From: an uncultured Gemmatimonadales bacterium
GTDB taxonomy: Bacteria; Gemmatimonadota; Gemmatimonadetes; Palauibacterales; Palauibacteraceae
Length of the DNA stretch: 64,000 nt
Assembly: GCA_963783385.1 (NCBI GenBank)
Contig: CAWANJ010000003.1
Coordinates: 256,001 to 320,000 of the forward strand
Direction: 5' to 3'
The notes below the pieces were generated by a model. The model was not told where the DNA came from. It saw nothing but the letters and a program-made list of their open reading frames with translations, and did not search any database. Below, piece after piece: positions 35,345-45,366 of the stretch (position 1 is the first letter of the stretch; each line of letters begins with the position of its first letter). A program made the position numbers and the translations under genes.

Positions 35345-37836
35345 GCCGGAGCGCCTCCATCGGGTCGATGCGCGCCGCCCGACGTGCGGGAAGCCAGGTG
35401 GCCGCCAGGGCCACGCCGGCGAGGAGGAGGGCGGCCAGCGCGAAGGTGGCCGGATCGAGGGTCGAGACGCCGAACAACATGGAGCCGAGGACCCGCGTCA
35501 CGGCCACGGCGCCCGCCAGGCCGAGGCCGACGCCGATGACCACCAGCGCCAGGTTCTCCCGGATCAGGAGACCCACCACCTGGCGGGGTCGGGCGCCGAT
35601 GGCCATTCGAAGGCCGATCTCCCGGGTGCGCTGCGCGACGGCGTAGGCCGTGATGCCGTAGATGCCCACCAGCGCCAGGAGGAGAGCCAGCCCCGCGAAC
35701 AGGGTTAGGAGCGTCATGCCCTGGCGTCGCGAGGCCGTGGAGCGCGAGAGCTCCTGGTCGAGACTCACGATCTCGCCGATGGGCTGGCCCGGGTCGATGC
35801 GCCGGACCGCCGACCGCACGGCCCCCGCCAGAGCCAGCGGGGTCTTGCGGGCCTTGAGGACGACCCACATCTGCGGGATCTCGCCCGCCTGAAGGACCGG
35901 CAGGTAAACCTCCGGCATCACGGTCGACTCGAGGGACGAGTAGTGGACGTTGCCGATGACTCCGATGACCACGGGGTGGGCATTCCCGATGCCGGGCATT
36001 CTCACCGGAAGGGTCTTCCCCACCGCGTCCTGGCCGGGCCACAGCTCGTCGGCCAGCGCGCGATTCACGATCACGACCTTGCGGGAGTCCGATCGGTCCG
36101 CCGGCGTGAAATCCCTTCCGTGGAGGGCGATTCCGGTGGCGGCGAAGTAGCGCGGTCCAACCACGCCGAACCGGACGAGCATGAACTCCCGCCCGGCGTC
36201 CGGTCGGATCGTGCGCGGGTCGAAGGCGAAGACGTTGACGCTCCGTGTGAGGGGAAGCGTGCGCGACAGACTCACCGCCGCGACGGCCGGATCGCGGGCC
36301 AGTGTCGTGGTCAGCGTCCCGAAGAAGTCGTCCTGTTGCCGCACGGTCGGATAGCGCGACGGTGTGAGCCTGACGCGCGCCGCCAGGACGTCCCGCGTGT
36401 CGTAGCCCGGGTCCACCGACATGAGGCGGATGAAGCTCCGAACCAGGAGCCCGGAGCCGACCACGAGAACGAGGGCCAGGGCCAGTTCCGCCGCGACGAG
36501 GGCGCTGTGGGTCCGCTTTCGTCGCCTGGATCCGGTGGTCGCGGTGCCTTCGGCCCTGAGGGCCTGCTCCATGTCGAAGGTCGTGGTCCGAAAGGCCGGG
36601 AGCAGGCCGAAGGCGAGGCCGGTGATGACGGATAGCCCAACCGCGAAGGCGAGGACGCCCGGGTCGATCCCGACCTCGCTCGCTCGCGGCACGTTCGTCC
36701 ACACGGCCAGGCCGGCTGCCAGTCCCCAGCGGCTCAGCAGCACGCCCAGCATCCCGGCCACCAGCGCCAGGAGCACGCTCTCGGTCAGGAGCTGCCGGAC
36801 CAGCCGACCGCGGTCCGCGCCCAGGGCTCGACGCACCGCCATCTCCCGGCGGCGCTCCGTGGCGCGCGCGATGAGCAGGCCGGCGGCGTTGGCGCAGGCG
36901 ATGAGGAGCACGAGCGCTACCGCGCCGAACAGGACGTACAGCGACGATCGCGCGTCCCCCACGACCGCCGCCTTGAGCGGCCCGATCTCCATTCGGAGGG
37001 ACCCGATCGCGGCGGCCGTCGGCGCGCCGGCCGGGGGCGGACCCTGGGCGCGCATCTCCACGCGCCGCTCGCCGCCGCTTCCCGGCTTCTCCCCTTCCTG
37101 GATGTGCCGGTTCAGGGCCTCGACGTCCGCGCGAGCGCGCTCGAGCGTGGCCCCCGGCGCGAGCCGCGCCACGTTCTGGAACGCGTAGACGTACCGTCCG
37201 AACTCGAGCTGCGGATTCGACCGGAACGCCTCCCCGATCGGGACCCAGAGCTGCGTCTCGTCGCTCGGGAAGCCGAAGCCGCGCGGCATGACGCCCACGA
37301 CGGTGAAGCTGCGGCCATCCAGGCTCACGGAGCGGCCGACGATCGTCGGATCGGAGCCGAAGTCCGTGACCCACATTCCTATGGCTCAGCACCGCGACAT
37401 GCGCATTTCGCTCGGAGTCCGTGAACGAGCGACCCACCGCGGGCGAACTGTCCAGGACCCGGAAGAGATCGGGCGAGACGACCGCGGCCCGGACCTCACG
37501 GGCCTCGTCGGCCAGGGCGAGGTTGAATCGCCGGGAGCTGTACGCCGCGACGCCGCTGAAGTCGGACGTGAGCTTCCGGGCGTCCTGCACGTCCGGATAC
37601 GACAGTCCGCTGCGGAAGGACGCGCCGCCCCGAGAGGAGAGTCTCGTGAGGTCGACCAGCCGATCCGCCTCCGGGTAGCGCAGCGGCCGAAGGAGGACCG
37701 AGTCCACCACGCTGAAGATGGCCGTGTTGGCGCCGATCCCGAGTGCCAGCGTCAGGATAGCCACGACCGCGAATCCGGGGCTCCGTCGGAGCTGCCGGAT
37801 CGCGAAGCGGAGGTCCTGGCGGAGCGTGTCGAGCAC
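35337..37836 (-). CDS. ADOP-like ABC permease (member 3, one frameshift near 37377)
   Basis: N-terminus in ORF 35341..37836, remainder in ORF 35337..37376. Confidence 0.9.
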
Positions 37837-37838
37837 GG

Positions 37839-37928
37839 TCAGGTCTCCCGGACCAGGCAGGGGACGCGGTGAACCCGGACGACCGTGAGCGTCGGGGCGT
37901 CGAACCGGAGCCGCCGCGCCTCACTCAT
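37839..37928 (-). other. Bridging mini-ORF (29 aa, MSEARRLRFDAPTLTVVRVHRVPCLVRET)
   Basis: Starts within ATGAGTGA at the end of member 2 and stops 2 nt before the GTG of member 3. Confidence 0.35.
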
Positions 37929-40317
37929 GGCGCAGTGCGTCCATCGGATCGGTGCGCGCGGCCCGGCGGGCGGGTAGCCACGCGGCCAGTCCCGCCACGG
38001 CGAGAAGAGTCATCCCGGCGGCTCCCAGGATGGCCGGGTCGCCCGGCCGCACCCCGTACAGCAGGGACGCGAGCGCGCGGGTCGTCGGCAGGGCGACCGC
38101 GATTCCGATCGCGACCCCGAGCGCGCCGACCGCGAGTCCCTGGCCGACCACGAGGCGGACCACGCGCCGGCGGTCGGCTCCCAGGGCGATCCGGATCCCG
38201 ATCTCGTGCGTCCGCTGCGCCGCCAGGAAGGCGATCACGCCGTAGATGCCGATGGCGGCGAGGACCAGGCCGAGGACGCCCAGGAGGGTCAGGAGGGTCG
38301 TGTTGAAGCGCCGGGTCGCCGTCGAGCGGCGGATGATCTCGTCCATCGTGCGCGGCGCCGTCAGGGCGAGCAGGGGATCCACCGAGGCGACGGCCCGGCG
38401 CACCTGGGGCGCGAGCCCCATGGCCGGCACGGAGCCGCGGACCACCAGGTACTGCGACCTCTGAGATCGCTGGCCCTCCGGATAGTAGACCTCGTCGGCG
38501 ACCTCCCGGTCGAGCCCGTTGGCGTGGGTGTCCGCCGTGACCCCGATCACCGTGTAGGCCCGGTCCCCGTCGCAGTGGGTGAGGCGCCGGCCCAGGGGGT
38601 CGGCGTCACCGAACAGGCGGTGGGCCAGGTCGGAGTTGATCACGACGACGCCCGGTGCATCCGCTACGTCACCCGGGCCGAAGGTCCGTCCCCGCAGGAG
38701 CGGGATCCCGAGGGTCGAGAAGTAGTCCCCCGTGGCCACGCGGAGGTTGGCGTCCACACCCACACGGCTTCCTTCCCGCCGGGCTCCGCAGTCGTAGCCG
38801 GACGCCCCGATCGGGATGCGCGAGACGAGTGCCGCCGAGGCTACGCCGGGGACCGCGCCCGCCGCGTCGTGGATGCGCTCGAAGGCGCTCCGGACCTCCC
38901 TCGCGGAGGGATACCGGGAGGCCGGGAGCTCGGTGGCCGCGACCAGCACGTCGCTCGGATCGAAGCCCGGAGAGACACGGCCCAGAAGGACGGCGCTCCG
39001 CACGAGCAGTCCGGCGGCCACCAGCAGCACGAGGGCCACCGACACCTGGGCGACCACTAGGGCCGATCGGAGCCGCGCGGAAACGTGACCGGCGCCCGAG
39101 CGCGAGCTCTCCCGGAGCGTGCCCTGCGGCTCGACGCGGGCCGCGCGGAGAGCCGGCAGGAGACCGAACAGCACGCTCGAGAGGAGGGCGAGTCCGACGG
39201 CGAAGGCCACGACCGTGCCGTCGACCGACGTGCCCTGGAGCCGTGGCACGCCGGCGGGGGCGCGGGTCACGAAGTAGCGCACGCCTGCCCACGCGACCGC
39301 CAGGCCGACGGCGGATCCCGCGAGCCCCAGGACGAGGCTCTCCGCGAGCATCTGGGACACGAGCCGGCCCCGATCGGCCCCCAGAGCGCCGCGGATCGCC
39401 AGCTCCGACCGGCGCGCCACGCCGCGGGCCAGCAGGAGGTTGGTGAGGTTGGCGCAGGCGATGAGGAGCACGAGCCCCACGGCGCCGAACAGGATGAGGA
39501 TCTGGTCGCGCACCGTACCCACCACCATGTCGCGCATGGGCCGAGCGACGATGTGTCCGTCGAAACCGCCGTCCGGGTACTGGCGAGCCAGGCGCGTCTC
39601 GATCCGTGTGAGCTCGCGGACGGCCGCCGCGGCCGTCACCCCGGTGCGCATCTTTCCCACGACGGCGAGCTCGTGGTCTCCATGCTCCGCTCGCTCGGAC
39701 GGACCGAACACGAGTGGCACGTAGACGAGATTCGGCCTGTCGGAGAGGGCGTAGGCCGGCGCGGCGACCCCGGCCACCGTGTACGGAGCCCCGCTGAGCG
39801 TGATCGTGCGGCCCACGACCGAGGGATCGCCCCCGAATTGCGACTCCCACAGCGAATGCGACAGGACCACGACGTGCGGCTCTCCGGGATCGGCGTCGCG
39901 CGGAGCGAAGTAGCGGCCCGCGCTCGGCTGGATGTAGAGGGTCTTGAAGTAGTCCGCGTTCACGGCCAGGGCCTGGAGCCGCCGGGGCTCCCCGGTGCCG
40001 GTCAGCGTGAACGCCCCGTAGCCCCACGCGGCGAACGACTCGAACGAGCGAGAACGCTCCTGCCAGGCGGCGAAGTTGCCGAAGGTCACCACCATGCCGT
40101 GGGTGTCCTGGGGCCCATTGCGCTCGCGGAGCTCCAGCAGGCGACCCGCGCCGGCGTAGGGCAGCGGCCGAAGCAGCACCTCGTGGGCCACGCTGAACAG
40201 GGCGGTGTTGGCGCCGATGCCCAGCGCGAGGGTGAGGATGGCGGCCAGGGCGAACCCCGGGCTCCGTCGGAGCTGCCGGAGCGCGAAGCGGAGATCCTGG
40301 CGGAGCGTGTCGAGCAT
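37921..40317 (-). CDS. ADOP-like ABC permease (member 2, intact)
   Basis: ATG 40317 ([13 protein letters not shown]), TGATG-coupled to member 1. Confidence 0.92.
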   Translation of the reverse strand: MLDTLRQDLRFALRQLRRSPGFALAAILTLALGIGANTALFSVAHEVLLRPLPYAGAGRLLELRERNGPQDTHGMVVTFGNFAAWQERSRSFESFAAWGYGAFTLTGTGEPRRLQALAVNADYFKTLYIQPSAGRYFAPRDADPGEPHVVVLSHSLWESQFGGDPSVVGRTITLSGAPYTVAGVAAPAYALSDRPNLVYVPLVFGPSERAEHGDHELAVVGKMRTGVTAAAAVRELTRIETRLARQYPDGGFDGHIVARPMRDMVVGTVRDQILILFGAVGLVLLIACANLTNLLLARGVARRSELAIRGALGADRGRLVSQMLAESLVLGLAGSAVGLAVAWAGVRYFVTRAPAGVPRLQGTSVDGTVVAFAVGLALLSSVLFGLLPALRAARVEPQGTLRESSRSGAGHVSARLRSALVVAQVSVALVLLVAAGLLVRSAVLLGRVSPGFDPSDVLVAATELPASRYPSAREVRSAFERIHDAAGAVPGVASAALVSRIPIGASGYDCGARREGSRVGVDANLRVATGDYFSTLGIPLLRGRTFGPGDVADAPGVVVINSDLAHRLFGDADPLGRRLTHCDGDRAYTVIGVTADTHANGLDREVADEVYYPEGQRSQRSQYLVVRGSVPAMGLAPQVRRAVASVDPLLALTAPRTMDEIIRRSTATRRFNTTLLTLLGVLGLVLAAIGIYGVIAFLAAQRTHEIGIRIALGADRRRVVRLVVGQGLAVGALGVAIGIAVALPTTRALASLLYGVRPGDPAILGAAGMTLLAVAGLAAWLPARRAARTDPMDALRHE

Positions 40318-42738
40318 CACTCCTCCCGCAGGGCCTTCATGGGATCCACTCTGCCCGCCTGCACCGCCGGGCGCAGCGCGGCTAGCAGCGCGCACGTGCC
40401 GAGCACCACGACCGCCGTCGCAAAGGTGACCGGATCCTCGGTCGGAACGCCGTGGAGCGTCCCCCGTAGCGCGCGCGCGAACAGGAGCCCGCCGGCGATT
40501 CCGGCCAGGCCCCCGACCGCGATCATTCCGGCGGCGTCGCCGAGCACCCACAGGACGACGCGACGCGGCGACGCGCCCAGGGCCAGGCGCATCCCGATCT
40601 CGCCGGCGCGGGCCCGGGTCGTGTACGCGATGAGGCCGTACAGGCCGAGCACGGCCAGGAGCATCGCGACCACCGCGAACATCGACACGACCAGCATCTC
40701 GAATCTCGGCTGCACGAGCTGGGCGTCGATGTGGGCGCGCATGGTGCCCAGGTGGGACGCCTCGAGGTCGGGGTCGATGCCGGCCAGTGCCCGCCTCACC
40801 GCGGGAGCGAGCGCGGCGGGATCGCCGTCGGTCCGGATGACGAAGTAGGTGGCCCAGCGCGTCCGCTGCCGGTTGGAGAGGTAGATCTCGGGCTCGATCG
40901 CCCGGTCCGGCAGGAACGGCTGGACGTCGGCCACGACGCCGACCACGCGAACGGTCGGGGCGCCGTCCAGCTCCGGCAGGGCGAGCGTCGCTCCTACCGG
41001 GTCTCCATCCGGCCAGAAACGGGATGCCATGGCCCGGTCGATGACCGCCACGGTCGGCGAGCCGGTGTCGTCCGACTCGCGGAACGTGCGGCCTCGCAGC
41101 AGCGGCTGACCCAGGGTGCTGAAGTAGTTCGGGCCGGCGTCGTACCAGGCCACGCCGGGAGCCTGGTCCCGGGTCCAGCCGCGCCCCTGGACGAGGAGCG
41201 GGGTGAGTCCATCGCCGCCGCCGAACAGCGGCCCGGCGGACACCGTCCCCACCGAGCGGACGCCCGGCAGCCCCTCCAGCCGAGCGTCGATGCGCCGGTA
41301 GAGGCTCAGCACCTGGGGAGGCTCCGGGTACTTCCCCGTCGAGGCGAAGGTCCAGAAGGTCAGCAGGTGCTCCGTGTCGAACCCCGGCCGCCAGTCCAGC
41401 AGGTTGGTGAAGCTGCGGAGCAGGAGGCCGGAGCCGGTGACCAGCACGAGCGCCAGGGCCAGCTGGCCGGCCACGAGGACGCGCCTGGACCGGCGCGTCT
41501 TACGGTCGACCGAGGTGCCCCGCGCACCGCGGAACAGGTGCGCGAGATTCTGCTCGCGGAGCCGCATCGCGGGCAGCAGTCCCACCGCGAGGCCGGTGAC
41601 CACGGTGACCAGGCCGGCGACGAGCAGGACGCGTCCGTCCACGGCCACCCGGTCCAGACGCGGGATCCCGGCCGGAGCGAGGGCCCGCAGCACGTGAACG
41701 CCCCACACGGCCAGGAGCGCTCCGGCGCCGCCCCCCAGCACGGCCAGCGCCAGGCCCTCGACGACGAGCCCGGAGGCCACCCGGCCGCGGCCGGCTCCGA
41801 GCGCGAACCGGACGGCCATGTCGCGCCGCCGGCCCACCGCCCGCGCCAGGACCAGCCCCGACACGGTGGAGCACGCGAGGAGCAGCACGAGCGCGACCGC
41901 GCACAGGAGGGCCAGGAGCAGGGGGCGCGCCGAGCGAACCAGGTACGCGCGCATCGGGTGCACGTCCACGCTCCAGCCGCGGACGGCATCCGGATAGGCC
42001 GCGGCCAGCGCGGACTCGGCCCGGCGCAGCTCGGCCCGGGCCTGTTCGACGCTCACGCCGGGCGCCAGTCGGGCGGCGGACGCGAAGCCGCGCCAGTTCC
42101 GGTACTGGGCGGTCGCAGGGTCCCACGGGAGCGGGATCCACAGCTGCGCGTGCTCCAGTCGGGGAACCGAAGTGCCCCGCGGGAGCACGCCGATCACCCT
42201 GTAGCTGTCGCCATCCAGGACCAGCGTCCGGCCCAGCACGTCCGGGTCCCCGCCCAGCTCGCGGCTCCAGAACTCGTGGCTCACGACGGCCACCCTGCCG
42301 TCCCCGTCGGGCGGGCCGTCGGCTGCGGCCAGCATGCGGCCGCGCTCGGGCGCGATGGCCAGGGCGCGGAGGAAGCCCGGCATGGCGATCCCGACGGTCA
42401 CGCCCCGGGCCCCCGCGGCCGTCCGCAGCGCCATCGACTCGGTGCGGGCCGCGCCCATGACCTCGATGCTCGGGCTGCTGCGGGCCCATTCGACCAGGTT
42501 CGGGGTGGCCACCGCGCAGTAGTCTCCGGATCGCGGGCCGGTCTCGCACAGCGTGACCACGCGACCCGAGTCCCGGATGGGAAGGGGTCGGAACAGGATG
42601 TGGTCCACGACGCTGAACACGGCCACGCTGGCCCCGATGCCGAGCGCCAGCACGAGAATGGCGGGCAATGCGAACCCCGGACTCCGCCACATTCTGGCGG
42701 AGGGCGAAGCGGAGGTCCTGGCGGAGCGTGTCGAACAT
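40317..42738 (-). CDS. ADOP-like ABC permease (member 1, frameshift near 42693)
   Basis: [15 protein letters not shown] with SD GGAGG, continuing in ORF 40317..42692; ends AGRVDPMKALREE. Confidence 0.9.
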
Positions 42739-42797
42739 CGGCGTGCCTCCGTCGCGCGGCGCTTCTCGGCGCCGGCGGGTGCGCGGTGGGTCTCGGT

Positions 42798-42817
42798 GGC
42801 CGGGCGCGCGCCCGGCC
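42798..42817. repeat. Perfect 20-bp palindrome between the ATPase and the first permease
   Basis: GGCCGGGCGCGCGCCCGGCC. Confidence 0.5.
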
Positions 42818-42851
42818 GGGTGTGGTCGCCGTGCTGGGATCTACGGAACGA

Positions 42852-43637
42852 TCACAGCTCCACCTCGTAGCCGCTCTCGCGAAGCTCCTCTATGACCTCG
42901 GGTGAGCGCACGCGGTCCTCGACGATCTGGCCGTCGAACAGGTGGATCTGGCGCCCGGCGTATTCGGCGTAGCGGGGGTCGTGGGTGACCATGCAGATGG
43001 TGGCGCCGTCGGCGTGGAGCTCGCTGAGGAGCTCCATCACCGCCTCGCCGTTGGTGGAGTCCAGGTTCCCGGTCGGCTCGTCGGCCAGGAGGATGAGCGG
43101 GTCGCCGACCACGGCGCGCGCCACGGCCACGCGCTGCTGCTGGCCGCCGGAGAGCTGGGCCGGATAGTGCCGCGTGCGATGCGACATGCCCACGCGCTCG
43201 AGGGCCTTCATGACGCGCTCCTTGCGCTCCGCCGAGGGCATGTCCCGATAGGTGAGCGGGAGCTCGACGTTCTCGAACACGTTGAGGTCGCCGATCAGGT
43301 TGAAGGCCTGGAAGATGAAGCCGATATGACGGTTCCGGATCGTGGCGCGCTGCGAGGCCGACAGCCGCGCCACCGGCGTGCCGTCCAGGTCGTACTCGCC
43401 CTCGGTGGGGGAGTCCAGGAGCCCCAGGATCGAGAGGAGCGTCGTCTTCCCGCAGCCGGACGGCCCGGCGATCGAGAGGAACTCGCCCTCCTGGATCGCC
43501 AGGTGCACGTCGGAGAGGGCGTGCGTCTCGACCTCCTCGGTGAGGAACACCTTCTTGACCCCCTCCATCCGGATGAGGGGCGACGTGGCGGTGGCGGCGC
43601 CGGCGCCCGTCTCGGAAAAGGACTCGCTCTGGTTCAT
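42852..43637 (-). CDS. ABC transporter ATP-binding protein (MacB/LolD-like), first ATPase
   Basis: [34 protein letters not shown]; SD GGAG. Confidence 0.95.
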   Translation of the reverse strand: MNQSESFSETGAGAATATSPLIRMEGVKKVFLTEEVETHALSDVHLAIQEGEFLSIAGPSGCGKTTLLSILGLLDSPTEGEYDLDGTPVARLSASQRATIRNRHIGFIFQAFNLIGDLNVFENVELPLTYRDMPSAERKERVMKALERVGMSHRTRHYPAQLSGGQQQRVAVARAVVGDPLILLADEPTGNLDSTNGEAVMELLSELHADGATICMVTHDPRYAEYAGRQIHLFDGQIVEDRVRSPEVIEELRESGYEVEL

Positions 43638-43680
43638 GGCGTCTCCCCTGGAGGGTGGGTCGGACCGGCTCCGCGCCGGT

Positions 43681-45108
43681 TCACTTGAGCTTCACGCGGT
43701 CCACGTCCCCGTAGCGGGACATGTCCGAGAGGATGACCTCGTCGCCGGCCTGGAGGCCGGCGAGGACCTCGACCTGGTCGACCGAGGCGCGGCCGAGCTT
43801 GACCGGCACCCGCACCGCGGCGTGCCCGCCGTCGACCAGCTTGAACAGGCCCACGGTGCTCCGGGCCTCCCCGTAGGTGGGACGATCCACGTGCAGCACG
43901 TCGGTCAGGTGGTCGATGATCACGGTGCCGTCGACGCTGAGGTCGGGGCGCGCGGCGCGTGGCAGGTCGCCGCCCAGGTGGACGTCGATCTGCACCGCGC
44001 CCTGCTGCACGTTGGGGTCGATCCGGCTCACGGTGCCCGGCACCGTGTCGGTCCTGAGGTCGACGAGCACCCGCTGGCCGAGCTGGACGTCCCGGATCTG
44101 GCTCTGCGGGATGTCGATCTGGGCCTTGAGGGAGCCCGGCTGCGCGACCCGGGCCAGGGCCGTGCCGGACTGGACCCACTGGCCGGGCTGGAGCGTGAGG
44201 TCCTGGAGGATGCCCGAGCCGCCCGCCGTCACCTTCATGGAGGCCACGCGCCGCTCCTGGTACTCGTAGATGGACTTGAGCCGGGCCACCAGTTCCCTCT
44301 GCACCGAGAGCTGATTCTCCATGGTCCGTGCGAGGAGGTCGAGCTGCTCCTTCGCCGCGTCGAGCGCGGCCCTGGCGGCGTCCGCCTGCTCGGCCACGCG
44401 CTCCGCGTCGTTGCGGGCGATGAGCTGCCGGGCCGCCAGCGCGGAGTCCACCTGGGCCTCGCGCTGCGCGTTGAGCCACGTGGCCCGGGCGCTGGCCACG
44501 GCGGAAGCCTGAGCCGCCTTCTGCGATCCCAGCGTCCGCTGGAGCTCGACCAGGCCGCCCTGGGCGCTGGTCCACTGCTGCTGGGCCTGGAGGGCGGCCA
44601 GGTCCACGTCGGGGTTGCTGAGTTCCAGTACGACCGTGGAGGAGTCGACGGTTTCGCCGGCCTGCACGTGGACCCGGTCGACGCGGCCGGCGGTGAGGGC
44701 CGAGATGTAGTGGATGTGCTCGGGGACGAGGGTGCCGGGACCGCGCACCGAGATCGTCATGTCCCCTTGCTGGACCGTACCGGTGAGGATGGAGTCGCGG
44801 TCCACGGAGGGCGCGGCCGGGCCGAGGCGGGAGAGGACGATGCTGATCACGATCACGACCGCGACAGCCGCGGCGCCGATCAGGATGTACCGTCTCCGCT
44901 TGTTCGTGGGCTCGCGGGCCACGTCCATGCGCGAGCCCGCCACCGCGGAGGGGCGGTCGCGCGGGTCGCGCCGTCCGGACCGTCCCGAATCCGCGTCGTC
45001 CGCCAGGCGCGGCCCCAGGGGACGCGGTCCGGCGTCCGCTTCCGGGTCCTTCTTCCCACCGGGAAGGGCGCGGGCGGCGCCCTCGAGGAGGTCGCGGAGT
45101 GACTTCAT
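43681..45108 (-). CDS. Periplasmic adaptor subunit (MacA/HlyD-like membrane fusion protein)
   Basis: Basic patch plus TM anchor (KRRRYILIGAAAVAVVIVISIV), lipoyl-like barrel, coiled-coil hairpin, GLQAGDEVILSD. Start is 45108 or 44928; the ORF-track start 45255 overlaps the sigma-54 promoter. Confidence 0.9.
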   Translation of the reverse strand: MKSLRDLLEGAARALPGGKKDPEADAGPRPLGPRLADDADSGRSGRRDPRDRPSAVAGSRMDVAREPTNKRRRYILIGAAAVAVVIVISIVLSRLGPAAPSVDRDSILTGTVQQGDMTISVRGPGTLVPEHIHYISALTAGRVDRVHVQAGETVDSSTVVLELSNPDVDLAALQAQQQWTSAQGGLVELQRTLGSQKAAQASAVASARATWLNAQREAQVDSALAARQLIARNDAERVAEQADAARAALDAAKEQLDLLARTMENQLSVQRELVARLKSIYEYQERRVASMKVTAGGSGILQDLTLQPGQWVQSGTALARVAQPGSLKAQIDIPQSQIRDVQLGQRVLVDLRTDTVPGTVSRIDPNVQQGAVQIDVHLGGDLPRAARPDLSVDGTVIIDHLTDVLHVDRPTYGEARSTVGLFKLVDGGHAAVRVPVKLGRASVDQVEVLAGLQAGDEVILSDMSRYGDVDRVKLK

Positions 45109-45239
45109 GAGCGCTCGCTTCGGGGCGCGGCGGCGGACGGCGGTCGAGACGTCATCGGGCGTGCTCTCCCCTGTGCGGTCGGGGTCGCGGTTTCGGAGCG
45201 CCGCCGACGGGCGGAGCCGTTCCGTCGGGGCTCTGCAGG

Positions 45240-45254
45240 GCAACGGTCGTACCA
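45240..45254 (-). promoter_or_regulatory. Sigma-54 -24/-12 promoter
   Basis: Minus strand reads TGGTACGACCGTTGC against consensus TGGCACG-N4-TTGC, with exact GG-N10-GC spacing. Confidence 0.82.
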
Positions 45255-45282
45255 TGCGCTCATAGCATCGTACGATATTGTG

Positions 45283-45295
45283 TTACAGTGAGTTG
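45283..45295. promoter_or_regulatory. Possible IHF site
   Basis: AT-rich island between the promoter and the activator boxes; TTACAGTGAGTTG partly matches WATCAR-N4-TTR. Confidence 0.4.
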
Positions 45296-45330
45296 GCGGT
45301 GTCGCACGATCCGGCGCCCGGCGGCTGGAG

Positions 45331-45366
45331 TGTCCGATTCCGGGACCCGGTGTCCGGAAACGAACA
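45331..45366. promoter_or_regulatory. Tandem upstream activator sequences for a sigma-54 activator
   Basis: TGTCCG-ATTC-CGGGAC and TGTCCG-GAAA-CGAACA are imperfect palindromes with starts 20 bp apart, about 80-110 bp upstream of the -24 box. Confidence 0.68.

Noticed and set aside
9020-42738. Integron, DGR, shufflon or CRISPR explanation for the array
   Set aside because: No integrase, recombinase, reverse transcriptase, attC-like sites or repeat-spacer structure seen in the window.
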